From the human T2T-CHM13v2.0 reference genome, Homo sapiens, in the NCBI RefSeq assembly GCF_009914755.1, contig NC_060932.1: a stretch of DNA of 64,000 bases, one strand, 5' to 3'. The notes below the pieces were generated by a model, which made no database searches, was not told the DNA's origin, and was given only the letters and a program-made list of their open reading frames with translations. The translations under genes were made by a program, and so were the position numbers. Position 1 is the first letter of the stretch. Each line of letters opens with the position of its first letter. Shown here in pieces: positions 38,521 through 51,478 of the stretch.

Positions 38521-38979
38521 AACTTTAACTGTAGTCTCCAAAATACACTTAATACAGATAAGATTCTTGACTTAGAATTTCGGAAAAAGTGTTTACTTCC
38601 TCAATGATTGTCTTAGGCTGATTGAGAGAGTTATTTATGCCATTCCCCTCTGCATAACTCACTTGTCAATGAATTGTTGCTTGTCAGACAAACCCAATAG
38701 AAAAGGGTTGTAAAGGGTTGTTTTTACAAATGAGGCATGGATTTTGGAAAAGGTGTGAATGCAAGAAAAAGATGATCATTAAGAAAGGGCTTTGAGGTGG
38801 TAATTCAAAGAAAAATAAAGAATACAAGCCAATATGGGTGAAAAGTATACGAACACCTCAGAGACTATTTTTTCATTTTTAAAGCCAAGATTTTAAATGC
38901 ATGGTAAAAAGAGAAATTATTACATAACTTTAAGAAATGGAATTTGGTTAAAAACAAGTACAAAACTGAAGAAAAATAA

Positions 38980-39361
38980 ACTCCCCTGCAGACTTTAATG
39001 AAGTATGCTGCCATGTTGTGAGAGAGCCACATGCCTAGGAATTAGTCAGTCTCTAGGTGCTGAGACTGGTCCATGGCTGACTGACAGGAAGAAAACAAAG
39101 ATCTCAGTCCTGTAATCACAGAAGAATTAATTCTTCTAACAACTTATGGAACTCGGAAGATGAGGATTATTCCCTAGTCTAGTTTTCAGATGAAAATGCA
39201 GGCTGGCTGAATCCTTGATTGCAGCTTTATGAGACCCTGAGTGAAGACCTATGTAAATTATGCCTGTACTTCTGACCATGGAAACTGTGAAAATAAACTG
39301 TGTGTATTTTAAGCTGCTACATGTGTAGTAACTTGTTCTTCAGCAATAGAAAATAAACGCA
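38980..39361 (+). mobile_element. MLT1 (E2/F-like) LTR, 3' part
   Basis: GCTGCCATGTTGTGAGAGAGCCACATG...CCTTGATTGCAGCTTTATGAGACCCTGAG...TTTTAAGCTGCTA...CAGCAATAGAAAATAAA. Confidence 0.8.
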
Positions 39362-40701
39362 AGCCATTTGAACAGTTTTTATAGCAAAGTGGAGTGATGG
39401 TGGTTATATAACCTAGGTAAAACCAATTGAAACTCCATTCCCTGAGCCAGAAAAAATTGATATAAAGATAGACATGTGAAAGAAGCTGAGTCAATCAGAA
39501 AAATCTCTTTAAGGCCAGAAAAATACATTTTCTGTTAAAGCTTTTTTTTTTAATGCCAGACATCATGATATCAGGAAAGAGTGAAAAAAATGGAAAACAT
39601 TGTTCTATTTATGCTTTCAAGGCATATCTGAATAGCCTTTAATCTATTGCACCTAGAATTTCATAGTTGCATAAGAAACATATGACTTGCCACTGAGTCA
39701 TAATAAATACAAAAACTAAAGATTTTTGTCTATTAACTTTTCTCAGTAGACCCTTCATAATCACTAAATTTTAGCCAACTGTAACTATATGCTAGTTCCC
39801 AAATTCATCACTTACACTTTTGTATCTTTTTTTCAAAACGTTTCTACTGCAATGCATTCCCCTGCATGCACTCTCCTTCACTTCTTATATCCAGTTTCTG
39901 TCCATTCTAAAATGATATGAGTTAAAACCCCTGTCCCTAGAATGTCTTTGCTTAAAATTTTAAAATAAATCCTTGGAGTAATTTTATCTTGATCATGTAA
40001 ATTAAATTCTTTTGGGGTTAGTAAAAAGGTCTCTGTAACTTAGTATAAGATACGTATTATTTTACAACTCCTCCAAGCTTGCCTGTATTCTGTTTATAAG
40101 CTTCGCTTAGACTACTCTCCTACTGATCGTGATCCTGGGACACTGGTATGTAACTTTTAATTTAATAGGAGAACTCCAATTAAAACATTAAGTTTGACAG
40201 GTTTAAAATATAGACGACAGTCCATACATCTCATCTCATACTCTAATTAGTATTTGCATACTTGTACCAATTTTTGCTTCATTCTCTTGAGTGCAAAATC
40301 TTTCTGGCATAGGGATATCATTGTATATATCTTGGTATACTTGTCATTTTAGCTGTGCCTCAGTGATTCGCTCATCTTTGGTGCATAAATTAACTAAAAA
40401 CTAAGGAAGGAGTATGAATATCTCAGAAAAAAGTGCTTCCACTTGGTGGCAACATATGGAACTTACTATGAAGTTAATAATAACAATGAATTAGTCTGCT
40501 GAGAAACTGAAGGGAAAAATATGTGATTATTGGTTTGTAAAGCACATACACACTGATATTTAAAGTCAAAATTTAGATCATTACTTGACTGACATATATA
40601 TGTAATTTTACTATGATATATGCTCCATAAGGCAGGGACTTTGTAGATAGTGTTTACGTATCTATCCTCAGCATCTATTCCCTAGTATATATTATGCCCT
40701 T

Positions 40702-41020
<319 letters not shown>

Positions 41021-41173
41021 AAAATCCACTAGTGAATTTAACAGCATCTACTTTATTTGCAAAACCCTAAGTTCATATAAAGAAAGGACAGTCTTCACTC
41101 CTGTATTCTGGAATTTTTATATCTATATTTCACTCCTTCTTCCAACATAACATGTACAGTCCTAATGTTATCA

Positions 41174-41227
41174 TCTTTCATTCACAATAAACTGTCCCTC
41201 TTTCATTCACAATAAACTGTCCCTCTT
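41174..41227. repeat. Perfect 25-bp tandem duplication
   Basis: TTTCATTCACAATAAACTGTCCCTC x2 (41176-41200, 41201-41225). Confidence 0.95.
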
Positions 41228-41802
41228 ATCTTTTTTATCCTATTAGAGACACTACCATTTTTCCAGCCACCGGATTCTGAAAACTTCTGATAATTTTTAA
41301 ATGTCTTCTTGCTCCATCATATTCAATTAATTGTCTTTGACTTTGAGGACATCTGTTAACCATGTTTATTTTGATAACAACTCAATCGGATGTGGCAGAA
41401 CTCGGTGTGCAGATGGGGAGTGAATGAGTCACTTCCTCAAGAGAGGTTTAGTGATGGTTATTCAGGCCCAGATCCACTCACCACTTCCCATTTAGCTCTT
41501 TTTATAGTATTCACTCTTACATTTGACTTTTTTTTATCCAATAAAGTATTTAATGTTCTGTATTCCATTTGTAAAATCTCATATTGTACTTGAATTGTTT
41601 TACTTGTGATGATCATGTTTCCTTGGAGGTACAGTAAGGTCTTTAATTTCTCAGAGTAAGACTTTCTCTGGCTACCCCAAAAGTGAATACCTGAAGCATT
41701 ACTTGTCAACTATATTCCTTCTTGACCCTTCTTTTCAGGGAAATTACCATCCTCATTTTGAACTAGCTTTATGATTGCAGATAATTCCCTATTAAACATC
41801 TA

Positions 41803-41856
41803 TTAGGCTGGTACAAGAGTAATTGTGGGTTTTGCCATTACTCTGCACCAACCTAA
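41803..41856. mobile_element. MADE1 (Hsmar1-derived mariner MITE), internally deleted
   Basis: TTAGGCTGGTACAAGAGTAATTGTGGGTTTTGCCATTACTCTGCACCAACCTAA; terminal inverted repeats; TA on the left, TG on the right. Confidence 0.85.
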
Positions 41857-42299
41857 TGCAAATTTCCATTTTAAGTTTTTCCACTGTGGTGGACTTGTAC
41901 ATCAGGTACAGTCTTAGTTATTAGGCTGACATGCATTATCACTAATCCCCATGAACTCCCAGACTAGGTGAGAAGAAGTGCAAGGAAACAATGATTTCGG
42001 GAGAATCTGACAGAATCATTCAAGTAGATTTGTCTCTGTCTAGCACTTCAATGTTTGCGCTTTCTTCAGGGACAGTTTCTATTTATTGCTTTTTTCACAT
42101 TTATGGGCCATACTTTGTTGTTTATTTCTAGAATCATATTTTTGGAAAACTTAAGGCTATTAATATAGTAATGTGTTGACTCTGGAAATCAGATAATCCC
42201 ATCTCCCCATGGTTTGTGGATGTTCCTTACTGTAGCTGATACTGTGACTCTTCCGAATTCCTTTCAGTAGTCTGTATTCTTTTGTGTGGCCACTTAACA

Positions 42300-42620
42300 T
42301 TGTGAGGAAAATATCTAGAATCATGCTGATACTTTGGATTTAGAAAACTAAGAAGGCACTGGTGCCATTCACTGATATTAAAAATACTAAATATGAAATG
42401 AATTTGGAGAACGGAAGGAAAATGGATGAATACAGATTTGAAGATAATGAGATTAAGTTGCCTATGAAATATATAGGGACAATATTCAACAGACACTTGG
42501 AGACACAGATTTGGCAATCAGGAGGGAATTTGGAGCTGTCAGTGTAGATTTGGTATAGCCAGATGTAAAAGGAAGCCATGTTTATATATGAAATCATTAG
42601 CAATGTAAAAAAAAAAGTGA
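42300..42620 (-). mobile_element. L2 fragment
   Basis: GGTGCCATTCACTGATAT...TTTGAAGATAATGAGATTAAGTTGCCTATGAAATAT resembles antisense L2. Confidence 0.65.
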
Positions 42621-43522
42621 GAAAAGATTATTAAAACTACCTTATAAAATACTATAAACTGAATAGAAAACTCAGTGGTAATATTCCTAGTGAAATTACA
42701 TCATACAGTTAGAATCAATTAAAAACATTCACACTAATTCATGAAGAGCGTACTACCCTTTCTTAGGTGTGTACCTTGACTTTACAACTAGTGAAGGTTT
42801 CACAGAGTCAATCCAGGAATATTTCCAATGGAATAAGTCTGGAGGGAGAGCTTTGGTCTACTAGCATAGACTCTAACATTATTTGAATTGTAGAGCAATA
42901 GTTTAGCTAGGGTAAAACTATTGTTTTGTTCTAGGTTATCAATATGAATTTAATTTTTAGTATTGTCAGCTAGAGGAAAATTAAACTCTTCTAAGAAAAC
43001 CAGTCAAGAAAGTCTGAGAATATAATCAGGTTAAAACAAAACAAAACAAAATTGCTCTTGGGGAATCTGAGGTATAATTAAACCACCCAACATTAACCTT
43101 ATTCCCAACCTCAATCTATCTTAGCATTAGAGATTACAAAAAAAAAAAAAACAAAAAACTTAGATCCAAAGACATAATGGCCTGTGTTTTGAGAAGTAAT
43201 TATTTCTTCCTATTTAAATGTTAAAATTTTGAGGGTAAAAACAACACATTAGATTTTTTAAATTACATTACAATTAAAGAAGGAAATATTACATAAATAA
43301 TATAATATATGGTATATATGAAAACAGAAATGCAACATTTGCCTTATTTTTAAGTGAAGATTGCAATTACCAGCTGCCACTACTGCTTAAAATGGGCAGC
43401 ATCTGAATTTCTAATTAAGAAGAGTTCACTAACTTATTCAGAAAATGATTATTTCAATGTAAGTGACTCGATTCACACAGTGAGATAAGTTATCAATTAG
43501 TCTCATATTTCAATAATACATA

Positions 43523-43869
43523 TAAAAGGCAATAAATCTTTATGTAAAGGTACACATGGTAAATATTTTAGGCTCTGCAGTCCATACCATCCTTCATAAT
43601 TACTCAAATCTGTCCTTGTAGTTCAAAAAACAGCCATAGACAATATATAAAAGAATTAGCATGGCTGTGGTTAAAAAAGCCTTATTGATGAACACTAAAC
43701 TTTGATTTTCTTTAATTACTATGTGTCATGAAATATTCTTCTTCTCTTTTTTTTTTTCATCATTAAGGATGAAAAGAAAAGCAGTTTTTTAGATCACCAA
43801 GCAGGCATAACATTGCAAAAGCAGGCAGGCCACATTCAACCTTTGGGCCATAGTTTGTTGACCTGTTGT
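43523..43869. mobile_element. MER58B-like hAT-Charlie element
   Basis: GGTAAATATTTTAGGCTCTGCAG...CAGCCATAGACAATATATAAA...GCATGGCTGTG...GGGCCATAGTTTGTTGACC. Confidence 0.85.
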
Positions 43870-44616
43870 CTAGAACTAGAACCTACATAATTATTTTCTC
43901 AAATTTTACGTATATTAGCAGCACAAACACAAGCTTAGAGCAAGTTCTCTGGATTCTGAATTCCTAAGGCTGGAGCAGTGTATTTTTTTCCCTCAGCTTT
44001 CTGTTCCTGTTATTTGACACAGAGTAATTAATTTTCTTTTGTTTGCTCTTATTATTGTGGTTTATAGGCTCAAAAGGAAATTTGTGGAATGACTTTATGC
44101 ACATATGAAAAAACAAAAATCTTGACACCATTTCTATTCTGTCAGGGTACTAGAAAGAATCAAAAATCAAAATGACTCAATTTTCCTTTTTCTCAACATT
44201 TTTATGAAGCTTTAGTATAAGAAGTCCAGTTAATTCACTGGTATTGTCTTAATCCACAAGGTTTAAGGATAATCAGTTTTTACAATTTCAGTGGTTTCAC
44301 AAAGGAACATTAATTATTTATCACAAGGTCAGAATAAACATAGGACATTATTGATTCTATGTTTACAAAGATTATACATTTTTAAATTCTACCATATTTT
44401 GTAACTATGAAGCAGACTTTTAAAGAATATGTCATGACTTAACAAGTAAACGTGTTATGTATTTTGAAATAATTATGTTGACTTTAACTTTCGACGTATA
44501 CTGGTATTCTAAACATTTCAAATGTGTCTTCCCTACATTGTATATTTACTTGTGCTAACCTTTCAGGATATTGAACTCTTCAGTTGAGAATAATTTTTTA
44601 ACAAACCTCGATATTA

Positions 44617-44860
44617 TTGTGTAATAGTTAAGAGTTTGGGATCTGCAGTTAAACTAAATAGCTACAGATTTCAGATCCCCACCCGTTTTTGGCTGTGTGA
44701 CCCTGGACAGTTTACTTATCTGTGACTTACTATCTCCTTCTTTTCATGGAGATAACAGTTGTTACCTCATAGGGTGTTGCTAATTAAAAGAGTTAATATG
44801 CATATATTGTTTACAACCGTTCCTGGTACATTTCAGGAACTCAATATATGTAAGCTTTTA
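44617..44860 (+). mobile_element. MIR (near full length)
   Basis: GTTAAGAGTTTGGGATCTG...GGCTGTGTGACCCTGGACAGTTTACTTA...TACCTCATAGGGTGTTG...CCTGGTACAT...CTCAATATATGTAAGCT. Confidence 0.8.
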
Positions 44861-46143
44861 AAATATATTCAAATTAGTCAATAAAACATTGTCATTAGCA
44901 TGCCTATTTTTAGTTGTCTATTTCTTCCCACCCGGCTAGTATAATATGGAAGAAAATAATTTGGAGCCATCAAGGATTTCAGACAAATTGGTTAATGTAT
45001 TACAAAGAGTACTTTTTCGTATTACACAAGTAACCTACATTGAAAATCAGATCTGAACAAAACTTCTACCAGTAGAACTTAGTCAAAGTCACAGCTAAAA
45101 TTTTACCCTGAATCACAGAAGGAAGAGACATTCCTTTTCCCCTTAGAAGAACATACTCATATTCATCTGTAGGCACACGTTTATTTGTATCAAGTTTTTA
45201 CCTTTCCATATTTTATGTTAGAAGGCACATCTGTCTCTTTTTAATGTGAATAAATCCCCTTTGGGTGAATGCTTGCTTTTTTCTTGGCTGTGAAAACATA
45301 CTAATGAGAAAGTTATTTATAGAACTGTAAATTGTATGATCATTATTCTCAGAATATATAGCTATTTCAAAAGTGAATAGGAATAATAAACTAAGATGTT
45401 AAAATGAAACTAAAGGAAAGATGAGCTTTTAAAAAAGAATGTTACATTATAGATTTAATTTAATTATTGATGAACATTATTGTAAAAAAATTTACCATGT
45501 TTTTGCTTGGGTGTGGGAGCCTTTCAGAAAAGTCATTTAGATACATAGCAAATAAAACCTGAATCTCTTCATATACAGCTGAATGGATTTTGCTGTTGCT
45601 GTTTGGTAGTTTTTTGCTGTAGCTGTTGTTTTCCACCATTCTTTTTTTTAAGTGATTGTGTTTCTTATTGAATAAAATGCTGGACAGTGTATGGTTTTCA
45701 GTGTCTAAAGTAGGTATTGTGTCACTGTCAAGATAAATTATCGTTCAATATCCTAAAATGGTTTCTATTTTATAGTCTTGAGAATTACTATTTAATGTCA
45801 TCAGATATAAATTTTGACAAAAAGTCAAATTTTTAGTGAGAACACATGAACCTGTTTCCTAACCTGAGAACTAGTCTACAAAAGCTTATCTGTATTTAGA
45901 GGCTACATCCTTATTACTACCTTATCATTTGCTTCTCCTCAACACCTAAATAATCATTATTATTACATTATATCTTTTTACATTCTCTATATATACCGAA
46001 CATTATATTATGTAGTATTTATTATTTTTGCAACTATTAAAATGTACAGTGTAAAAATGTACAGTCTTATTTTTTGCTTATTTTATTCATTATTATATTG
46101 CCCAATCATGCCCACATTGTGACATGTATCAGGCGTAGATTGG

Positions 46144-46162
46144 TGGATGGATGGATAGATAC

Positions 46163-46211
<49 letters not shown>
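46144..46211. repeat. Compound tetranucleotide STR (TGGA)3 TAGA TACA (TAGA)12
   Basis: Read directly; 12 uninterrupted TAGA units at 46164-46211. Confidence 0.95.
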
Positions 46212-47449
46212 AATATATAGATATATACTATTGTTTGCTTTTGCTTTTTCTCTTTTTAAAATATGTATCAGCCTTTTGTTTTCTTGATTGGTCAGTTTTG
46301 TTCAGGGATACCACAGCTTGACGTGATATAAAAACATCCAAATAAGACCATGTATGCATTTTATTTAAAGATAAATCTTATTTAAAAATAAACTTCTTGC
46401 AATGCTAATTTATTTAGAATTTCTATCTAAGAAACCACTATGTAGCTAGGCCATTTTAGGCTATAGAGTCATAGATATATCAGGGTTCAGTGATTTTTAA
46501 TTTAATTCTAGGGATTTATTTTACAAACACATTTTTGACATTCCTAAGACTAATTTCATAAGGTTTTACCTAAATCCACATTTCTTTCTTACTGAATTAG
46601 ATAGAAATACTCATTATCATATACAAGTAAAATCTATCTTAGTAGATTTTGTTACAATTTTTGGATTTAAATATAAACCCAAAATTTAAAATGTGCTTTT
46701 ACTAATACTAAAAAATTCAGTATTATTCACAATATTGAATGCAATAATATTACATAAAAGGTTTAAAACAAATGTAATAACTATTTCTCTTAATTTATAT
46801 CTTATATGTTAACATAAGACTTGGAACATTGGCTCAGGCACATGGTTCATTTGATCAAGTAGGCTTTTGCCAACACAAGCCCAAAGACAGATGCTTATGT
46901 AACACAATATTTCTCAAAATGTAGGGCACATGTGTAAAATCTGACATGTTGTTGTTTTTTTTTAAGTTAATATTTATGAACCTCATTCTCAGAGATTAAT
47001 TTGTCAGTAGGTCTGGATTAGGGCTAGAGTTTAGACTTTTTGTGAGTAATCTTGATTATATTAATGCCAATTGTGCACCCAGACTACTTTGAAAATACTA
47101 TGACTATTTCCTTTTTTGGATTTGCTATACTTTACTTCTATCTTTGATGAGGAATGAAGTACATAGTTCAATACTGCAAATTGTGTTCCTAGTAAGGAAA
47201 CAACATAATTTTATGAAGTATCAGAAAAGAGTTTATATTATTTCTCTTCTTCTTCTTTAGTGTGAATTTATATTTATTTCTAAGCAAAATATCTCAGGAT
47301 AATGATTTTTAAGAAATAATCAACATAACTTGCATGTCTCTTTTTTGGGGGGGGGAAATTATGCTTAGAATTCTTCATTTATGACATACTTTTAAAACAT
47401 ATCATTTGTATCTATCTACTCATCTACTATTTTTATATAAATCATTCAT

Positions 47450-48150
47450 ATTCATTCATTTTCTTGATTCAAAAAATAATTACTAAGTACCTACAACATA
47501 CCATGTAGAGTTCTTGAGTTACCGAGATTACAGCAGTAAACATAGCTATCTCCCTGGATAAAGTTGCAATGTAGTTGGAACAAACTACAAGTTATAAAAC
47601 ATATACATTACTATATATTGGGTAGTAATAACAGAAAAATAGGACAAAGTTGGTTGGATCCCATGTGATGCAAGGGAAAATGTTATCAAGGACATAGTTG
47701 GTGACTTTGTAGGTCATTTGAAAACTGTGAGTTAATATCTGTGAGCAAGAAGCAACTTGATTGTTTCAAAGAGAAATGTGTAATTATCTAATCCTTCTGG
47801 TTGCTGGATGAAGAACAGGAACAAGTGAGGGAGCAGGAACACTGGTTCGGAAGCTATTGCCATCCTCTAGGTGAGAGTTGACAGTGTCTTTGACCGTTAT
47901 AGCTGTGGTAGTGATTATGAAAAATAGTTATATTTTTTATTTATTTTCAAAGTACACTTCACAGGATGTGCTTATAGATTGGATAGGAAATACAAAGGAG
48001 ATTAGTCAAAAGTGATCGAAAAGTTTGTGCTAAGGAAATGAAAGAATAGATAAATGTAAGATAGCAATAGAAGCATGTGAAAGATAGGAATTTTATTTGT
48101 ATGTGTTGAGATACCTATTAGGTATCCTGTTAGATACCCGAGTGGGCATG
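47450..48150 (-). mobile_element. L2 fragments
   Basis: TTCATTCATT...TACTAAGTACCTACAACATACCA tail followed by antisense L2 body. Confidence 0.65.
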
Positions 48151-48869
48151 CCTCTGAGAATTTTATATTACTTTTACTATTTACCACCCAGAGTTTAGTG
48201 TCCTTTGTAATCTTGAATATCTAAATCTGTAGTAGCTCTTAATGGTAATTTAGAAAACTAATGAATGTTTGGTCTTAAGCTCGGATGTAATCACCTTTTT
48301 AAATTCTCTATCAAAATAAACCTATATTAACGTCTACATTTTGTTTTTATTTCTAAATAATCTCTCTACCAATAAAGAAACAAAATTTTTAGTCCTCATT
48401 CTCTTTGCCTTTTCTGACACCAATGCATACGTGTGCTCACACACACCTATACACACCTCTTTATATATATATTGACTTGTTTTTACTAACAATTTCCTTT
48501 TGTTTTCCTAGTCAGTAGTATCACTTATCATAATTTGTTTTTACTTTATTAAAGCTCAATTAACTAGATATATAATTACACAAAATAGGTCTTCAAATTA
48601 TGTTTGTGTTTATATACAATTATTGTTGAGATATTAATAAAAAAGTAAAGCAAATATAAATCTGGATTTGGGGAAATTTACCATACAATATGGACCTACG
48701 TTTTCAATTCTCACCTTTATAAACATGAAATACAAATTAGCTTCATGTTCAATGAACAGACATAATATATTTTAGTTTAACTGTGAAAGAGTAGATATTT
48801 TGTATAAGTCAATGCAATATGGCTAGAGAAGAATTTTGCTTGTCAGCAGAGCAAACACTTTTTAAACTA

Positions 48870-49110
48870 AGCAATAATAGTTAACATTTATTGAAACCTA
48901 CTACACACTAAGCAATTTTGCTAAGGGCTTCATGTGAATTATTTCATTAAAATCTCACAAGAATGCTACAGGCCTTATTTCATTATCCATTATTTTCTAG
49001 ATTACAAGTAATTGGAGGTATTGTGAAGTTAAGAAATTGGGACATGTAACACAGTTAATAGATGTAGCCTGAACACATTACCAGTTCTACCTGACCCCAA
49101 CATCTGTTTT
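48870..49110 (-). mobile_element. MIR
   Basis: AATAATAGTTAACATTTTATTGAAACCTACTACACACTAAGCA...TGCTAAGGGCTTCATGTGAATTATTTCATTAAAATCTCACAA. Confidence 0.75.
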
Positions 49111-49473
49111 GATAAGCAACAAACTATCAAGAAATTAAGCCAAAAATAAGAAATTAAGCCAATGAGAAATACTTCCATATGTACAGTTTTGATATAATGG
49201 CTTTATGTGAGAGAATCCCATAGATTGGTCTTGTTCTGAAGTTTACTAACTGGACAACAGTGGGTTGAGGCCTCAGGGAGTATCAGTTGCAAGGTGGATA
49301 AACAGTTGACACATTTTGATTGCCAGGATAATGATGTGAGACTCCACTCAATCTGTCTCCTCTTTTGTAAAATAAGAGATGATTGAATTGAATCTCACAT
49401 CAATATTAGAACAAAGCATGACAACAAACTGGGCTACCAGTTTCTTAGGATTGATCTATAAAAGAACATCATG

Positions 49474-49762
49474 TGCCGGGTGCCTGTAATCCTAGAACTT
49501 TGGGAGGCTGAGGCGGGCGGATCACGAGGTCGGGAGTTTGAGACCAACCTGGCCAACATGGTGAAACCCTGTCTCTACTAAAAATACAAAAAATTAACTG
49601 GGTGTGGTGGCGGGTGCCTGTAGTCCCAGCTACTTAGGATGCTGAGGTAGGAGAATCACTTGAACCCAGGAAGCAGAGGTCTCAGTGAACTAAGATCACC
49701 ACACTGCACTCCAGCCTGGGTGACAGAACAAGACTCCATCTCAAAAAAAAAAAAAAAAAAAA
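49474..49762 (+). mobile_element. AluSg-like element with 12-bp deletion in the A-box region
   Basis: GGATCACGAGGTC diagnostic; starts GCCGGGTGCCTGTAATC; long pure A tail; TSD AAAAGAACATCAT at 49460-49472 and 49763-49775. Confidence 0.92.
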
Positions 49763-50864
49763 AAAAGAACATCATACATATGTATGAGCCATATTAGGCT
49801 TAAAATAGCATTCTACCATCCTGGCTTTCACTCAGTTATGGAACATACTAAGCTCTTCTGCCTCATGTTTGCACATTTTGGTCTGTATTTTGAAAATGCT
49901 TCCTTGGATTCTTTCATTAATACATATATATTTAATCAGCCTTCTATAATCAACTTAACAGTCATGTCTTCAGAGAAATTTCCTGAAAAACTGATCGAAA
50001 ACCATCCCGTGACCCATTACATATGCAGGAATTATTATTATTTTTATTATCATTACTATTATTTTATCATGACCTTGTGTTCATTTCCTTCACAGGATTC
50101 CACATATTATTTATAAACATATTTACTTGTATAGTTATTTACTGCATGTTCCTTTCTCTAAAATGCAAATTTTCCTTTTCAATGTGTAACAGTGGCTTAT
50201 CACAGTATCCTACGCATCCTGGATAATCAATAATTACTTAGTAAATCACTGAAGCAATAATGCCATTACTCTCTTGTTATCTTCCCAATATGCCCAATAA
50301 ATAAGATTTTGCTTCACTTTTCAGTAACTCTTGTTAAAAAGTATTTAGTTTGGTTGACAGATGTGGGTCAGAATATGAAAAATTAAAAACAGGTTTTCTA
50401 TAAATTAAGTTAGCCCAGTAGCCATTTGCTGCAAACAGATTTGGAGTTTATACTGAAGTTGGCCCAAATTGCCAGCTGAAAATCTTTCTTAAAAACCTCA
50501 TAATCACTTCACACTTAGAATAATGAAAACAAAACCCACCATAGGGAACCCAATAGTCCCCTCCACTCAGTACGTCTGCTTCTATTGGTCATTTACTGAA
50601 CCTGAAATCTCAATACCTAAGCTTCATTTCTGAGTCTTCTTTATTTCTTTCTCTATGATCTCATGTGGTCATGAAAACCTTTATTCATTCATCTATATGT
50701 AAATCTCTTATTGAGTAGCAAATATGCGCAATGATCTGGAATTTTCAAAAAAACAAATCTTATGTATGAGCATGGACAAGTTTTAAAATTTCTGAGACTC
50801 AGATATCTTATCAGTATAAAGGTCACTATATCGCCTGGTTCTAGTAAGTGCTATAATTACCCAG

Positions 50865-51075
50865 TGATGCTAACTAGGGCCTTGGGGTTTGAAAGACTTT
50901 GGTTAGAGTCCTGCCTCTTCTACTTAACAAATGCTTGTCTCTAAGAAGTGTTCCAATTTATAAGCCTAAAATAAAAATAACATCTACTTCCTTTGATTGT
51001 GATATATATTTAGCGCATCTAGATTGAAAAGGGCACTGCCGAGCACAGAGTAAGCACTAAATAAATCGTAGCTTC
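50865..51075 (+). mobile_element. MIR
   Basis: CTTGGGGTTTGAAAGACTTTGGTTAGAGTCCTGCCTCTTCTACTTA...GCACAGAGTAAGCACTAAATAAATCGTAGCT. Confidence 0.7.
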
Positions 51076-51478
51076 TAAAGAACTGGGAGTCTAGAAAGGA
51101 AAGTTGTGCATACAAATATGAATGAAATAAAATACCATATGCAGAATAATAAGAAACTTATTTTCGTAGAGTGGTCGTAAAAGAAGGAAGTAGCCAATTC
51201 TTATGAGGGAAGGATTTTTTTTATGGGTGAGGCAAATTGAATTTTGAAAGATCAATATGTTTTACCTGATAGATAAGGTAGAAATGTATTCTACGAAGTG
51301 TGATGGAGACTATGAAACACTGAGAAAGAGGATAATTATCTTAGACTGAATAGCAGTGGCTAAATCTGAACTGAACTTGGATGGAAGTATAGGAAAGATA
51401 AAACGGTGAGGCAAACATATTTCAGATGTAGGTGGGGACCAATCATGGGGGACCTTATGCAATCTGATTTGTTTTTTA

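Noticed and set aside
40252-40259. Isolated perfect octamer ATTTGCAT/ATGCAAAT sites (also near 8222, 9759, 34087)
   Set aside because: Single AT-rich 8-mers occur frequently by chance and are not clustered.
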